From NCBI GenBank assembly GCA_002310415.1, contig DBYN01000006.1:4996-68995 (forward strand): a stretch of 64,000 bases of DNA. The letters are read 5' to 3'. Positions 10,104 to 20,845 of this stretch are shown piece after piece. The notes under the pieces are model-generated. The model had not been told where the DNA came from and did not search any database. It saw nothing but the letters and a program-made list of their open reading frames with translations. This stretch comes from Alphaproteobacteria bacterium UBA1185. Lineage in GTDB: Bacteria; Pseudomonadota; Alphaproteobacteria; Rs-D84. Numbering within the stretch: the first letter of the stretch is position 1; each line of letters begins with the position of its first letter. The position numbers and the translations under genes are program-made.

Positions 10104-10559
10104 ATGAGAGAGCAATCAGGACGTTCATTAATAGAAATTATTGGTGTATTGGCATTGGGTGCAATTATGGTATCTGCTGCATTCAGCATGTATCATACTT
10201 CAAATCAAAGACAAAAAAGATTAATCGCCACAGAAAATTTACGCGATATTGCAACCAAGACAAAAACTTTGTTGGAATATTCTGGATATCAACCTGTATC
10301 TGTTGATTTTCTAATTGAATCTGGCGCACTGGTAAATGATAAACAACCGATGGGTGGACAAGATTGGTCTGTTACATCTTCCATAGATGGTACAGAATTT
10401 TCGATTAATTTGGTTGATGTACCTTTTGAAGATTGTGCGTATTTTTCAACGAAAAAATTTAGTTGGGCGTTACGCATAGAAATAAACGGATACGATTCAA
10501 ACACTGGTTCTTTTTGTTTAAAAACGGGTGATAACAGAATATCTTTTGTTGTAAAATAA
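10104..10559 (+). CDS. Type IV pilin-like protein (151 aa, major-pilin size)
   Basis: MREQSG|RSLIEIIGVLALGAIMVSAAF: 6-aa leader, Glu at +5, hydrophobic helix. C-terminal Cys pair (FEDC...SFC) resembles the pilin D-region disulfide. Confidence 0.65.
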   Translation: MREQSGRSLIEIIGVLALGAIMVSAAFSMYHTSNQRQKRLIATENLRDIATKTKTLLEYSGYQPVSVDFLIESGALVNDKQPMGGQDWSVTSSIDGTEFSINLVDVPFEDCAYFSTKKFSWALRIEINGYDSNTGSFCLKTGDNRISFVVK

Positions 10560-10564
10560 AAAAA

Positions 10565-11245
10565 ATGAAATTAAAAACAATTATTTTATCTTTGATATGC
10601 TTTGTTTTGATGGGATGTCAACAATATCACAGCCCAAGTCGTAATACATGGCAAAAATATTTATCTGGTGCCAGTTTTATGGATATGACAGAAACAGCAA
10701 AAACCGCTAAATTGCCTGTATACATGGGACATGGTGGAAAAATTGTAACCGCAACAGGGGAATTATCACCCAATATGCAATATGGTGATAAAAACAATAT
10801 AGATAATGTAACATTATTAAATTATATGTCAGGATTAGAATATGAATTATATGACAGTTTACGTAAACCTGGAATATCTGTTCAGCGCGCTGGAACTGAC
10901 GTTGTTGTAATTTTGGTTCGTGATGCAATTATGGAAATGAATATTGCAGATATTTCGGCAGATGGTGCAGATACATTGAATACTATTACCAAGATATTAA
11001 AAAAATACGGTGCTACGTTTATAGAGATTGCAGGATATACAGATTCTATGAAAGATAAAAATGCTGCATACGCATTTTCGTTGGATATGGCGGAACGTGT
11101 TGGGGTTTATTTGGCGCAACATAATATATCTACATCGCGTATGTTTATTGTTGGACGTGGTTCTGCGCGCCCAATTGCTGGTCAAAACGATACTGGTCGT
11201 TTAACAAACCGTCGTGTTGAAATTAAAATTAATCCAGCCAGATAA
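10565..11245 (+). CDS. OmpA-family lipoprotein (OmpA/MotB C-terminal peptidoglycan-binding domain)
   Basis: Lipobox FVLMGC. C-terminus IEIAGYTDS...AYAFSLDMAERVGVYL...GRGSARPIA...NRRVEI. Starts 5 nt after the pilin-like gene. Confidence 0.8.
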   Translation: MKLKTIILSLICFVLMGCQQYHSPSRNTWQKYLSGASFMDMTETAKTAKLPVYMGHGGKIVTATGELSPNMQYGDKNNIDNVTLLNYMSGLEYELYDSLRKPGISVQRAGTDVVVILVRDAIMEMNIADISADGADTLNTITKILKKYGATFIEIAGYTDSMKDKNAAYAFSLDMAERVGVYLAQHNISTSRMFIVGRGSARPIAGQNDTGRLTNRRVEIKINPAR

Positions 11246-11361
11246 AAATTTTTTCATATTTTGAAAGACTTGCGTTTTTCTGGAAATGTTGCTATATTCA
11301 CTATGATTAATCAATTCCACTTTGCAAAATAAGCAGTGGAACAAACAAAGGAAGGTTCAAA

Positions 11362-12009
11362 ATGAAAACAAATACAATAATTCAAAAATATAAAAAAACT
11401 GGTTTAATCGCAGGTATTGCTGTTCTTGTTGCGGCATTGTGCATTTGGGGATTTTCACGTTCTGATAATGGTGCATCGTTGAATGATTCTTTGTCCGAAG
11501 TATCAGAAAAAGCGCCAACATTATCTGATTTACGCGTTGCTGTTGTAAGTATGGATAAAATTCAAATGGATTCCGCGGTATTAAAAGATTTACATAAACA
11601 ACGCGAATCTTTTGAAAAGAAATTAAAAGCAAAATTGGAAAAAGAACAAAAAGCAATAGAAAAAGAAAAAACTGATATTGAAAAATCACAAGATGTTTTG
11701 TCCCAAGAAGCATTACAACGTCGTGTTGTTGAATATCAACGTCGTATAAATAATTTCCAACGTGATTTGGCAGAAAAAGCGCAATCTGTTGAAGCATCAT
11801 ACCAAGATGCATTGACCACAATTCAAAAGAAACATTTAGACCCTGTTATAGAAGGTATTATTGCAAAGAAAAAATTATCTTTGGTAATTGATGGCCGTAT
11901 GGCGCGTGTTGGCAAAGATGTAGAAGGTTTGGATATTACAGATGAAGTTATTAAATCTTTGAACAAAAAAGTGTCATCTGTAAAAATGGCAACACCAAAA
12001 GGTTTTTAA
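11362..12009 (+). CDS. OmpH/Skp-like periplasmic chaperone
   Basis: 215 aa. N-terminal hydrophobic segment, then a long Lys/Glu coiled-coil region flanked by VAVVSMDKI... and LSLVIDG blocks typical of OmpH. Confidence 0.6.
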   Translation: MKTNTIIQKYKKTGLIAGIAVLVAALCIWGFSRSDNGASLNDSLSEVSEKAPTLSDLRVAVVSMDKIQMDSAVLKDLHKQRESFEKKLKAKLEKEQKAIEKEKTDIEKSQDVLSQEALQRRVVEYQRRINNFQRDLAEKAQSVEASYQDALTTIQKKHLDPVIEGIIAKKKLSLVIDGRMARVGKDVEGLDITDEVIKSLNKKVSSVKMATPKGF

Positions 12010-12026
12010 AAATAAAACTGTAAAAT

Positions 12027-12053
12027 AAAAACCGCCAAGATGGCGGTTTTTTT
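12027..12053. terminator. Bidirectional intrinsic terminator between the skp-like gene and thyX
   Basis: AAAA-ACCGCCA-AGA-TGGCGGT-TTTTTT: 7-bp GC-rich stem flanked by an A-run and a T-run, between convergent genes. Confidence 0.7.
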
Positions 12054-12720
12054 AATGGATTTGTTGTTTCTTTTGTTTATATATTTCAAACAAATCATCA
12101 AATATTACTGGTATTTTACTATAAAATAATTCCAGTGTTGGATCTATTATTTGGGTAACACAAGGACGCACAGGTCCAGTAGACGCAATTGATGAACGAA
12201 GCGAAAAAATATGGCGCCATTCTCTTAAATTAGCACATATATTAAATTCTGCCGCTGTTGACTGGTTAAGTATCAAACCAAGTTGATCGGGCTTCGCCCC
12301 CATTTTAGCCATTTCCATATAATGATTTTCAACTGTCTGCATATTCTGTTTCCAAATTTTGTATTCTTGGCTACCCTTTTGTATTTCGACAGGTTCAAGA
12401 AACTTTAATTCATTATTAAACTTATCTTTGCTGTAATTAGCATATCTGGTTGATTCTATTGCAAAAGTAACCATTCTGTGTCTTGTTAAATCCTTGTATG
12501 CGGCAATATCAGAAAGGTATTGCATCGTAATGTGCACAAATTCTAGCATAGATGTATGGCCAGATTGGATAAGCCTTTGTACTGTTCTTTTTGCCGCTTC
12601 GATATCATTTGATTTTGGGGTTTTATAACAAGTTCTTGCAATATTTGCTATCTCTAACAGCATCTTATTACCATTTATTCTTGTTATTGGTTTAATTTTG
12701 GCTTTAACTATTTTCATCAA
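12052..12720 (-). CDS. thyX: FAD-dependent thymidylate synthase ThyX
   Basis: ThyX signature RHR-x7-S present (RHRMVTFAIESTRY). Also SGHTSMLEF and the usual ~220 aa length. Confidence 0.85.
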   Translation of the reverse strand: MMKIVKAKIKPITRINGNKMLLEIANIARTCYKTPKSNDIEAAKRTVQRLIQSGHTSMLEFVHITMQYLSDIAAYKDLTRHRMVTFAIESTRYANYSKDKFNNELKFLEPVEIQKGSQEYKIWKQNMQTVENHYMEMAKMGAKPDQLGLILNQSTAAEFNICANLREWRHIFSLRSSIASTGPVRPCVTQIIDPTLELFYSKIPVIFDDLFEIYKQKKQQIH

Positions 12721-12739
12721 TATACCCCTTTATTAATTC

Positions 12740-15133
12740 TTATAATTCGGCTCTTACTTCTTGAATTTCGTAACATTCGACCCTGTCACCTTCTTTTAAG
12801 TCGTTATATTTATCGAAACTCATACCAAATTCAACACCGACTGTAACTTCACTGACTTCATTCTTTTCACGACGTAATTCGCCAATTTTGCCATCATAAA
12901 TAACAACGTTATCGCGCAACAAACGAACGAATGCAGATTTTTTAATTACACCTTCGCTAACACGGCAACCAGCAACTTTGATACCCTTGCCCACAGTGAA
13001 CAAAGCAATAACATCTGCATATCCAATGAACTTTTCGTGTTTTTCCGGTGCTAATTTTCCGGACAATATTTCTTTGATCTCATCTGTAATACGATAAACA
13101 ACACTGTGATAGCGGATATCTATACCGTTATTGCGCGCCATATCACGTACAGCACTGTCCGCACGAACATTAAACGCAATTATAACTGCACCTGATGCAG
13201 TTGCCAATCTTATATCACCTTCTGTGATTTGACCGACACCTGCTGATAATAATTCAACACCAGCCTTGTCAGAATTAAATCCGCGCAACATATCTGAAAT
13301 TGCTTCCACAGAACCCTGAACGTCAGCACGTAAAATAACAGGCAAAGTTAATTTCTTGGTTTCATCACGTTTTGCAAATAATTCTTCCAACGAAGAACGT
13401 TTAACTGCATTTGCTTTATCTTTTGCTTTTTGAACACGATAGGCCGCAACTTCGCGTGTTTGTGCTTCGTTTTCCATTACGTGTAATTCGTCACCTGCAC
13501 TGGGGACAGATTCCAATCCTAACACCATAACAGGCTGACCAGGCTTTACACTTTTTACACGCACACCAGCAGAATTTACCAAACCACGCACACGACCGAA
13601 TGTTTCACCAACAACAAATACATCACCAACAGATAAAGTTCCTTGGCGAATTAAGACAGTAGCGACGGCACCCAAACCTTTTTCCATTTTTGCTTCTACT
13701 ACATAAGCAGATGCCAACATTTCTGGGTCAGCCTTTAAATCCATCATTGCGGCTTGTAATAAAATTGCTTCTTCTAATTTATCCAAACCCATTTTTGTTT
13801 TAGCGGATATTTCAACACATTGAACATCGCCACCCATTTCTTCAACCTGAACTTCTTGTTGTAACAAATCTGTTTTAACACGTTGTGGATCTGCTTCTGG
13901 TAAATCGCATTTGTTAATAGCAACGATAAAAGGTACCTTAGCCGCACGAATGTGATTTATCGCTTCGATAGTTTGTGGCATAATAGAATCATTTGCCGCA
14001 ACAACCAACACCACAATATCTGCAATTTGCGCACCACGTGCACGCATAGCGGTAAATGTTTCGTGACCCGGCGTATCCAAAAACGTAATTATTTCGCCAG
14101 ATTTTGTTTTTACTTCATAAGAAGATATATGTTGAGTAATTCCACCTGCTTCGCCAGCGGTTACATTAGAATTACGAAATGCGTCCAACAACGAAGTTTT
14201 ACCATGGTCAACGTGCCCTACAACCGTTACAACAGGTGCACGATGTTGTAATCTGTCCGGATTTGGTTGTTGTTCCAAGATATTGGCATATGGCTTTACA
14301 TCAACACGTTTAACAGTTGCGCCAAATTCAGTTGCTATTAATTCGGCAGTATCAGCATCAATAGATTGATTCTGAGATGCCATCATACCCATTTCCATCA
14401 ATTTTTTGATAACATTTCCAACTTTTTCCGCCATAGCAACAGCCAAATCTTTGACTGTTATTGTGTCGCCCAATGTAACAACATGTTCAACTTTTTGTGG
14501 GGCAGAAAAAACAGCGCGCGCTTTTTCACGAAAACGTTTTAAAGATGCCTCACTTCTGCGACGATTGGCGCCACGTAATCCGATTTCATCTTCGTCATCA
14601 TCTTCACCACCAATAACAATATCGTGTATAGATATTTTGCCACCTTTTTTAAAATCTTTTTTGAAACGACTTTGTTTATTTGGGCGCATATCTTCGTCTT
14701 CGTTGCCGCGACGATTATTATAATTTGTGAAAGAAGCATTTTTTCTGGACTCATGAGTATTTTCACGCACAGGAACATTGATCACTTCGTCTGGTTGAAC
14801 ATCGATTTCATTTTCACGTTGCGCCAATTGTTCTTTGACGTGTTCATATTCGCGATTTTCACGTTCAATTTCGGCTTCGCGTGCTTTGCGTGCCGCTTCC
14901 TCTTCGGCTTCACGTTTTCTGCGTTCTTCATCACGCGCTTTGGCAGCCTCTAATACTGCACGTAATTTTTCATCAGCCACACTACGTGGTGTTTCAACTT
15001 TTTTAGGTTCTTCACGTAATTCCTTGTTACCAGGCGCAACAATGCGACGGCGGCGTTCTACGAACACCGCGTCCCCTTTTTTGCTGTGTACTGCATCAAT
15101 TGTTACCGATTTTCCAAGTGTCAATGTTGCCAT
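12740..15133 (-). CDS. infB: Translation initiation factor IF-2
   Basis: 797 aa. GTPase motifs [18 protein letters not shown]. Charged N-terminal region. Immediately downstream of nusA. Confidence 0.95.
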   Translation of the reverse strand: MATLTLGKSVTIDAVHSKKGDAVFVERRRRIVAPGNKELREEPKKVETPRSVADEKLRAVLEAAKARDEERRKREAEEEAARKAREAEIERENREYEHVKEQLAQRENEIDVQPDEVINVPVRENTHESRKNASFTNYNNRRGNEDEDMRPNKQSRFKKDFKKGGKISIHDIVIGGEDDDEDEIGLRGANRRRSEASLKRFREKARAVFSAPQKVEHVVTLGDTITVKDLAVAMAEKVGNVIKKLMEMGMMASQNQSIDADTAELIATEFGATVKRVDVKPYANILEQQPNPDRLQHRAPVVTVVGHVDHGKTSLLDAFRNSNVTAGEAGGITQHISSYEVKTKSGEIITFLDTPGHETFTAMRARGAQIADIVVLVVAANDSIMPQTIEAINHIRAAKVPFIVAINKCDLPEADPQRVKTDLLQQEVQVEEMGGDVQCVEISAKTKMGLDKLEEAILLQAAMMDLKADPEMLASAYVVEAKMEKGLGAVATVLIRQGTLSVGDVFVVGETFGRVRGLVNSAGVRVKSVKPGQPVMVLGLESVPSAGDELHVMENEAQTREVAAYRVQKAKDKANAVKRSSLEELFAKRDETKKLTLPVILRADVQGSVEAISDMLRGFNSDKAGVELLSAGVGQITEGDIRLATASGAVIIAFNVRADSAVRDMARNNGIDIRYHSVVYRITDEIKEILSGKLAPEKHEKFIGYADVIALFTVGKGIKVAGCRVSEGVIKKSAFVRLLRDNVVIYDGKIGELRREKNEVSEVTVGVEFGMSFDKYNDLKEGDRVECYEIQEVRAEL

Positions 15134-15158
15134 ATTTTAACCTTTGGTTAAATTATTT

Positions 15159-16703
15159 TTATTCTTCATCTTCGTCTTGTTTAATGCCGTATGCTAATTC
15201 ACGTGCTTTCATAACAACACGTTCTGCTAAACGAGATGACATTGTATCTTCACCTAATATTTCAACCAATTCGTCAGATGCCAAGTCAGCCAAATCAGAC
15301 AAAGATTTAACGTCAGATTCACCAAGTTTCATAATAATTGGACGTTTGATAAAATCGAAGTTTAATAAATCATCTTTCATGCCCATTTGATGACCTTTGT
15401 CGAAATAATCTTGTTCTAATTTTTCAAGATATTTCTTTGCACGATTTTGCAATTCTGTTGCCAATTCTTGGTTAAAGCCTTCGATAGATTCCAATTCAGA
15501 TTGTTCAACATACGCAATTTCTTCAATTGTTCTGAAACCTTCTGTAATCAGCAGTTGAGCAATAGTTTCATCAACATCCAATGCAGTTGTAAACAATTCT
15601 GTTTTTTCTTTGAATTCTTTTGCACGACGTTCTTGTTCTTCGGCTTCGCTCATTACGTCAATATTCCAACCTGTTAATTGGGAAGCAAGGCGAACATTTT
15701 GACCACGACGACCAATCGCCAAAGATTGTTGGTCTTCTGTTACAACCACAGCGGCAGTATGTGTATCTTCATCCACGATAATTTTTGCAACTTTTGCCGG
15801 TTGCATTGCGTTTACTATGAACACAGCAGGATCTTCTGAATATAAAATAACGTCAATTTTTTCACCATGACATTCATTTATCACAGGCTGTATACGAGTT
15901 CCTTTGATACCAACAGTCATACCAACTGCATCAATAGATGGATCTTGGGTTTCAACTGCTATTTTAGCATGCGAACCAGGTGCACGTGATACAGATTTAA
16001 TTTTAATTATGCCTTCGTAAATTTCTGGCACTTCCTGAGTAAATAATTTTTCCATAAACATCGGATGTGTTCTAGTCAAAAAGATTTGTGGACCAGAATT
16101 AGAACGCGCAACATCCATAATCAAAGCACGGACACGATCACCCACAGCCAAGCGTTCACCAGGTATCAATTCTGTATTTTTAATATAACCTTCTGCTTTG
16201 CCATTAATATCAACAAAAATGTTACCAAATTCAATACGTTTGACAACACCATTAACAATATCACCAATATTATCTTTGAATTCTTCGAATTGACGACCTT
16301 TTTCAGCATCACGAACACGTGCTGTCATAATTTGACGCGCTGTTTGAAATGCCATACGACCAAATTCAGGTTCTGGTAAAATATCTTCTACAACATCGCC
16401 CACAGTTGGATTTGTTGCATACTTTTTTGCCTGAGCAACCGTTAACATCGTATTTGGATTATAATCATCACCAGCAGATTCAGGTGATTGAATAACATCA
16501 AACAAACGTTTAACATGTATCGAACCATTTTTACGGTCTATATTTGCAACAATATTAAATTCTTCGCCATATTTATGTTTAGCAATTTTTGCAATAGCGG
16601 CTTCTAATGATTCAATTACAGTTTCTTTGTCTATCATTTTTTCTTGAGCCAAAGAATCAATCGCTAATAACAAGTCTTGACGTGGCATAGATTCAAAAGA
16701 CAT
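15159..16703 (-). CDS. nusA: Transcription termination/antitermination factor NusA
   Basis: 514 aa. S1 and KH regions (GxxIGRRGQNVRLASQLTGW), acidic C-terminal repeats. nusA-infB order is conserved. Confidence 0.95.
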   Translation of the reverse strand: MSFESMPRQDLLLAIDSLAQEKMIDKETVIESLEAAIAKIAKHKYGEEFNIVANIDRKNGSIHVKRLFDVIQSPESAGDDYNPNTMLTVAQAKKYATNPTVGDVVEDILPEPEFGRMAFQTARQIMTARVRDAEKGRQFEEFKDNIGDIVNGVVKRIEFGNIFVDINGKAEGYIKNTELIPGERLAVGDRVRALIMDVARSNSGPQIFLTRTHPMFMEKLFTQEVPEIYEGIIKIKSVSRAPGSHAKIAVETQDPSIDAVGMTVGIKGTRIQPVINECHGEKIDVILYSEDPAVFIVNAMQPAKVAKIIVDEDTHTAAVVVTEDQQSLAIGRRGQNVRLASQLTGWNIDVMSEAEEQERRAKEFKEKTELFTTALDVDETIAQLLITEGFRTIEEIAYVEQSELESIEGFNQELATELQNRAKKYLEKLEQDYFDKGHQMGMKDDLLNFDFIKRPIIMKLGESDVKSLSDLADLASDELVEILGEDTMSSRLAERVVMKARELAYGIKQDEDEE

Positions 16704-16915
16704 ATTTTATTCTCCTTGATATGTTTTTTATATTGTTCGTTTTTTTTTATTGAAAGAGCGGGGTCTTTCAACCCCGCCCTTAAAACTTATTTTTTAAGAA
16801 CATACTTATTATCTATCCCGAATCGCCAAAAATCAAGAAAAAATTAAATTCGCTGGTGCACAATACTTTTTATTGTTGCTTGACGGTGGGGCTTTTGGGT
16901 TTTATACTTCACAGT

Positions 16916-17977
16916 ATGAAGATTATAAACCGATATTTTAGGCATCAATTGACAGGTGTCTTTGTCATGCTGTTGTTAATTTTAACGGGCTTGGCATGGA
17001 TGATGCAAATTATGTCTATGATGAAATTTTTAATAAATTATGGCATAAAATTTTCAAGTTTTGTGTATTTAACATCACTGATGATACCATTTATCGTATC
17101 TATCATATTGCCATTCGTTACGTTTATCGCGATTATATTCATTTATAATAAAATGATTACTGAAAATGAAATTACTGTGATGGCGGCATCTGGATTATCA
17201 CCATGGCAATTAGCAAGGCCTGCGATAAAAATGGCGATTTTTTTAACAATTATACATTTTGTTTTAAGTATTTGGATTGTTCCAACCAGTCAGGCGATGT
17301 TTTACAGCACTCAATGGAATCTGCGTTATGGTTTGGCGCATTTAAAATTGCAAGAATCTGCTTTTACAAAAATGGCAAATGGGTTGGTTGTTTATGTTGA
17401 TAATGTTTCTGGTCAAGATTTAAATCAAGTTATGTTATCTGATATGCGTGATGCAAATAACCAAATGTTGATTTTTGCAGAACGTGGGAAATTAGTGTCC
17501 ACTGTACATGGATTATCTATAATAACAGATAACGGATCATTGCAAATGTTTGGTAAAAATGGGTTTACAACCGGAACATTTGATAGTTTTGATATGGATT
17601 TAAATTTAAATGATAATGATACAGATGTTTCTTTTCGTGTGCGTAGAATACCAACCAAAGATTTATTGAACAACCTTATAACCCAAGAAGATCTGCGCAG
17701 ACATAAAAAAACCTTGGTTGAATTATGCACACGTTTTGTAAATCCTTTTATGAATTTGGTTTTGGCCATAGTATGTGTGTTGATTTTATTAAAATCTTCT
17801 TTGTTACGTCGCAAAGCAAGTTTTGCACCCGCAGCAGCAGTATTATCTATGGCATGTATTATGGCGATATATATGTCTGTTTCTAATATGATAACCAGTA
17901 TAACAGGTTTAGTTTGTGTGGCACTTGGTGTATTTGTGTTATTGTTGATTTTAACTGGTTTATTGATAAAAAAATGA
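16916..17977 (+). CDS. LptF/LptG-family LPS export permease
   Basis: Starts MKIINRYFRHQL (typical YjgP/YjgQ N-terminus), six TM-like segments, directly upstream of lptD. The ORF-track start 16856 is a non-ATG extension. Confidence 0.75.
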   Translation: MKIINRYFRHQLTGVFVMLLLILTGLAWMMQIMSMMKFLINYGIKFSSFVYLTSLMIPFIVSIILPFVTFIAIIFIYNKMITENEITVMAASGLSPWQLARPAIKMAIFLTIIHFVLSIWIVPTSQAMFYSTQWNLRYGLAHLKLQESAFTKMANGLVVYVDNVSGQDLNQVMLSDMRDANNQMLIFAERGKLVSTVHGLSIITDNGSLQMFGKNGFTTGTFDSFDMDLNLNDNDTDVSFRVRRIPTKDLLNNLITQEDLRRHKKTLVELCTRFVNPFMNLVLAIVCVLILLKSSLLRRKASFAPAAAVLSMACIMAIYMSVSNMITSITGLVCVALGVFVLLLILTGLLIKK

Positions 17978-20010
17978 AATATTTAATTTTATCTTTTTGG
18001 TATTTGTTTTTTATTACAAACGCATTTGCGTTAGGTGTAAATCTTAACGAACCCAAAACCATTAAATCAGACAAAATAGAATACGACGTAAAATCACAAG
18101 AAATGCAGGCATCTGGAAATACAGAAATAACAAATCAATCTGGTCAAACAATAAAATTAAACCAAGCATCTATATCAAAACAAGATGATTTTATGTCTGC
18201 ACACGATATAGAATTATGGTTGGGTAAAAACGTTTATGTTCGGGCAGACGAAATTACAAAGAAAACAGATGAAACTATTGCACGACATGCTATATTTACA
18301 GCCTGTGATAAATGTGATTCTTTTGGAAATGCATGGGAAATATCTGGAAATACAATTATTCATGATAAATCTGAAAAAATGCTTTATTTTCATAACGCGA
18401 TATTTTGGGTATATAATGACAATATACCAATATTTTGGTTACCGTATTATGCAGTACCAGACCCAACTGTGAAATATAAATCTGGTTTGTTGATGCCCAA
18501 CCTAAGTTCTACTAACAATATGGGTATGCAAATAAATGTGCCTGTGTATATAAATATATCTGACAGACATGATTTGACACCAACGTTTTCTTTTTTGACA
18601 AAAGAAAATCCAATGTTTCAATTGGAACATCGGTTAAATTTAGATCGCGCAGAATTTCGTACAAACGGTGCATATACTCATAACAAAGACGGTGAAAATC
18701 GTTGGTATTTGTATAACAACGATAACATAGAACTTGGCGAAAACGCACGTGCATTTATTTATGTTCAACGTGCTTCGGACAGTACATTTCTACAAAAATA
18801 TGGTTTTTATGATTATCAACCATATTTAGATTCTGGTGGCAAACTGGAAATATTTGGTCAGACCAGTTATATTGTTGCAGATGCTCATATTTTCCAAGAA
18901 TTGCGTGATACTTATGTATCTGGCAATATATTGCCAAATGTGCGCGGTGTATATCAAACCAAACCATTATTTGCCGAAACATATTTAAGTTTTACTGGCG
19001 ATTTATTAAGTGTTTATGGCAAGAATGTATCTAATCAACGCATTATTGGCGAAGGTCGCATAGTTTCCCCATGGACATTGTGGGGTGGTAATCGGCTGAC
19101 ATTAAGTGCCGCCACCAGATATGATATATACAATTTTAAACATACGGCTGTTTACGATCCATATTATCCAGACGGCATTGATGATTCTTATTCTGGCGCA
19201 AAAACAAGATTCTTACCAAATGGCTATATTGAATGGGGATTGCCGTTATTCAATGTTCAAGGTGATTGGACATACATATTGGAACCACGTGCCAGACTAA
19301 CAATTATGGAACATTCTGATTCTAAATCTGTATTCACAGTTAACAATGATTCTGCGGGACGTTTTTTATCAGACACCACATTATTTTCTAATAACAGATA
19401 TGCTGGATTTGACGTCTGGGAAAATGGTAATTTTAATGATTATGGTGTTCAGTGGATTGGTTTTAATAAAAATAATAATATTGAAATATTTGTTGGTCAA
19501 ACATACGACTTTAAAAAACATAACCAAGAAGACCGAGATTTTAATGACAATGGATTCAGAAATGGTTTTTCTGACTATGTTGGTCGTATGGCATACAGTA
19601 ATAATAAAAACATACAATTATCCACGCATTTTCGCATTGACCGCAAAGATATGGATTTGCGACACATAGAAAATTCTGTTTATTTATATCATGGCGCAAA
19701 TTATCTAACGGTTGGACATATATGGGATTCAACACCTATTGACATATATTCTTTGACAGATCAAGATACACATGAAATCATGGCTGGTGTTGGGTTACAA
19801 ATTACGAATCGCATCAGTATACGTGGAAATCTTATATACGATATTTATGAACATTTTCTTCAACAACATTCTGGTGGAATATTTTATAATCATCCATGTT
19901 ATTATTTATCTTTGGAATATACTCGTGACAATTCAGTTCGTGCGGATTATATCGGCGGAACGACATTTCAGTTTAAATTCGGTATAAGTATTGATGGAAA
20001 ACATTATTAA
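17974..20010 (+). CDS. lptD: LPS-assembly outer membrane protein LptD
   Basis: Signal peptide MKYLILSFWYLFFITNAFA, OstA-like N-terminal domain, large aromatic/Gly-rich beta-barrel-like C-terminus. The ATG at 17974 overlaps the lptF/G stop (ATGA). Confidence 0.8.
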   Translation: MKYLILSFWYLFFITNAFALGVNLNEPKTIKSDKIEYDVKSQEMQASGNTEITNQSGQTIKLNQASISKQDDFMSAHDIELWLGKNVYVRADEITKKTDETIARHAIFTACDKCDSFGNAWEISGNTIIHDKSEKMLYFHNAIFWVYNDNIPIFWLPYYAVPDPTVKYKSGLLMPNLSSTNNMGMQINVPVYINISDRHDLTPTFSFLTKENPMFQLEHRLNLDRAEFRTNGAYTHNKDGENRWYLYNNDNIELGENARAFIYVQRASDSTFLQKYGFYDYQPYLDSGGKLEIFGQTSYIVADAHIFQELRDTYVSGNILPNVRGVYQTKPLFAETYLSFTGDLLSVYGKNVSNQRIIGEGRIVSPWTLWGGNRLTLSAATRYDIYNFKHTAVYDPYYPDGIDDSYSGAKTRFLPNGYIEWGLPLFNVQGDWTYILEPRARLTIMEHSDSKSVFTVNNDSAGRFLSDTTLFSNNRYAGFDVWENGNFNDYGVQWIGFNKNNNIEIFVGQTYDFKKHNQEDRDFNDNGFRNGFSDYVGRMAYSNNKNIQLSTHFRIDRKDMDLRHIENSVYLYHGANYLTVGHIWDSTPIDIYSLTDQDTHEIMAGVGLQITNRISIRGNLIYDIYEHFLQQHSGGIFYNHPCYYLSLEYTRDNSVRADYIGGTTFQFKFGISIDGKHY

Positions 20011-20020
20011 AGGATAAAAT

Positions 20021-20845
20021 ATGAAAAAATTATTTGCTGGATTTGTGTTTTTATTATCGTCTTTGTGTAGTGGAATTTGCGCCACAGTTGTCGGTACAGT
20101 AAATGGAAACCCGATTACAGATTCAGATATCACTGCGCGTGTTGCATTGATGGCAAAACAAGGAAAAACATCAACAACAAATCGTCGCCAGGCATTACAA
20201 AACATCATTGATGATTATGTTAAATTGGATTACGCAAATAATTTTGGTGTTCGTCCAACTGATAAAGATGCAGACCAAGAATTAAAACGTATGAATTTGG
20301 GAAATATAGATGATACTATGCGTTCAATGGCGCGCTTAGCAATGCGTTCAGATATGGCATGGCAAATTGTGATGGCACGAACAATTATGCAAAATGTTGA
20401 CATATCTGATTCTGACATTGCATCTGAAAAATCAGATTTAATTCGTGAGCGTGGTTTACCAATTGAAATAACCATGATACGTCTGGTTGATGTCCCAAAC
20501 GACATAAAAAGTAAATTAAGTAAACCTAAAAATTGCGATGCCGCAGAAAAAATGGTGGAAGACATGGGTGGATATCCACAAAAAATAACTGCTTTGCAAT
20601 ATGAATTATCTGCTGATATGCGCAACAGAATCGCAGATTTGCCACTTTTAACATGGTCTAATATTGTTGATAATTCCATTGTGTTGGTTTGCAAAGAATC
20701 TAAAACCAAAGAATACAAAGACATTGATGATATTATAAAACAAAATGCAAAATTTAAAAAGGCATCACAAATAGCAGATCAAAATCTTAAACAATTGCGT
20801 CGCAAAGCGGTTATAATTATAAACGATGACAGATATAAATTATGA
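20021..20845 (+). CDS. SurA N-terminal-domain-like periplasmic chaperone (no obvious parvulin domain)
   Basis: Signal peptide, then VNGNPITDSDI...ALQNIIDDYVKL resembling the SurA N-terminal domain. Sits after lptD, as surA does in proteobacteria. Confidence 0.5.
   Translation: MKKLFAGFVFLLSSLCSGICATVVGTVNGNPITDSDITARVALMAKQGKTSTTNRRQALQNIIDDYVKLDYANNFGVRPTDKDADQELKRMNLGNIDDTMRSMARLAMRSDMAWQIVMARTIMQNVDISDSDIASEKSDLIRERGLPIEITMIRLVDVPNDIKSKLSKPKNCDAAEKMVEDMGGYPQKITALQYELSADMRNRIADLPLLTWSNIVDNSIVLVCKESKTKEYKDIDDIIKQNAKFKKASQIADQNLKQLRRKAVIIINDDRYKL

Noticed and set aside
14406-15140. Long plus-strand ORFs inside infB (14406-14723, 14624-14953, 14835-15140). There are similar antisense ORFs inside other genes: 20230-20724, 21009-21620, 22992-23823, 25880-26224, 28314-28778, 29036-29437, 40697-41059, 43053-43697, 50569-51063 and 60355-60825.
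   Set aside because: These are shadow ORFs opposite confidently identified genes. Their composition is low-complexity or Ser/Phe/Cys-rich, with no RBS or motif support.
16758-16777. GC-rich hairpin GCGGGG-TCTTTCAA-CCCCGC in the divergent nusA / lptF-G intergenic region.
   Set aside because: Neither strand has a U-tract immediately after the stem, so it is not a canonical terminator. It could be a nusA leader element, but I cannot assign a function or strand from sequence.
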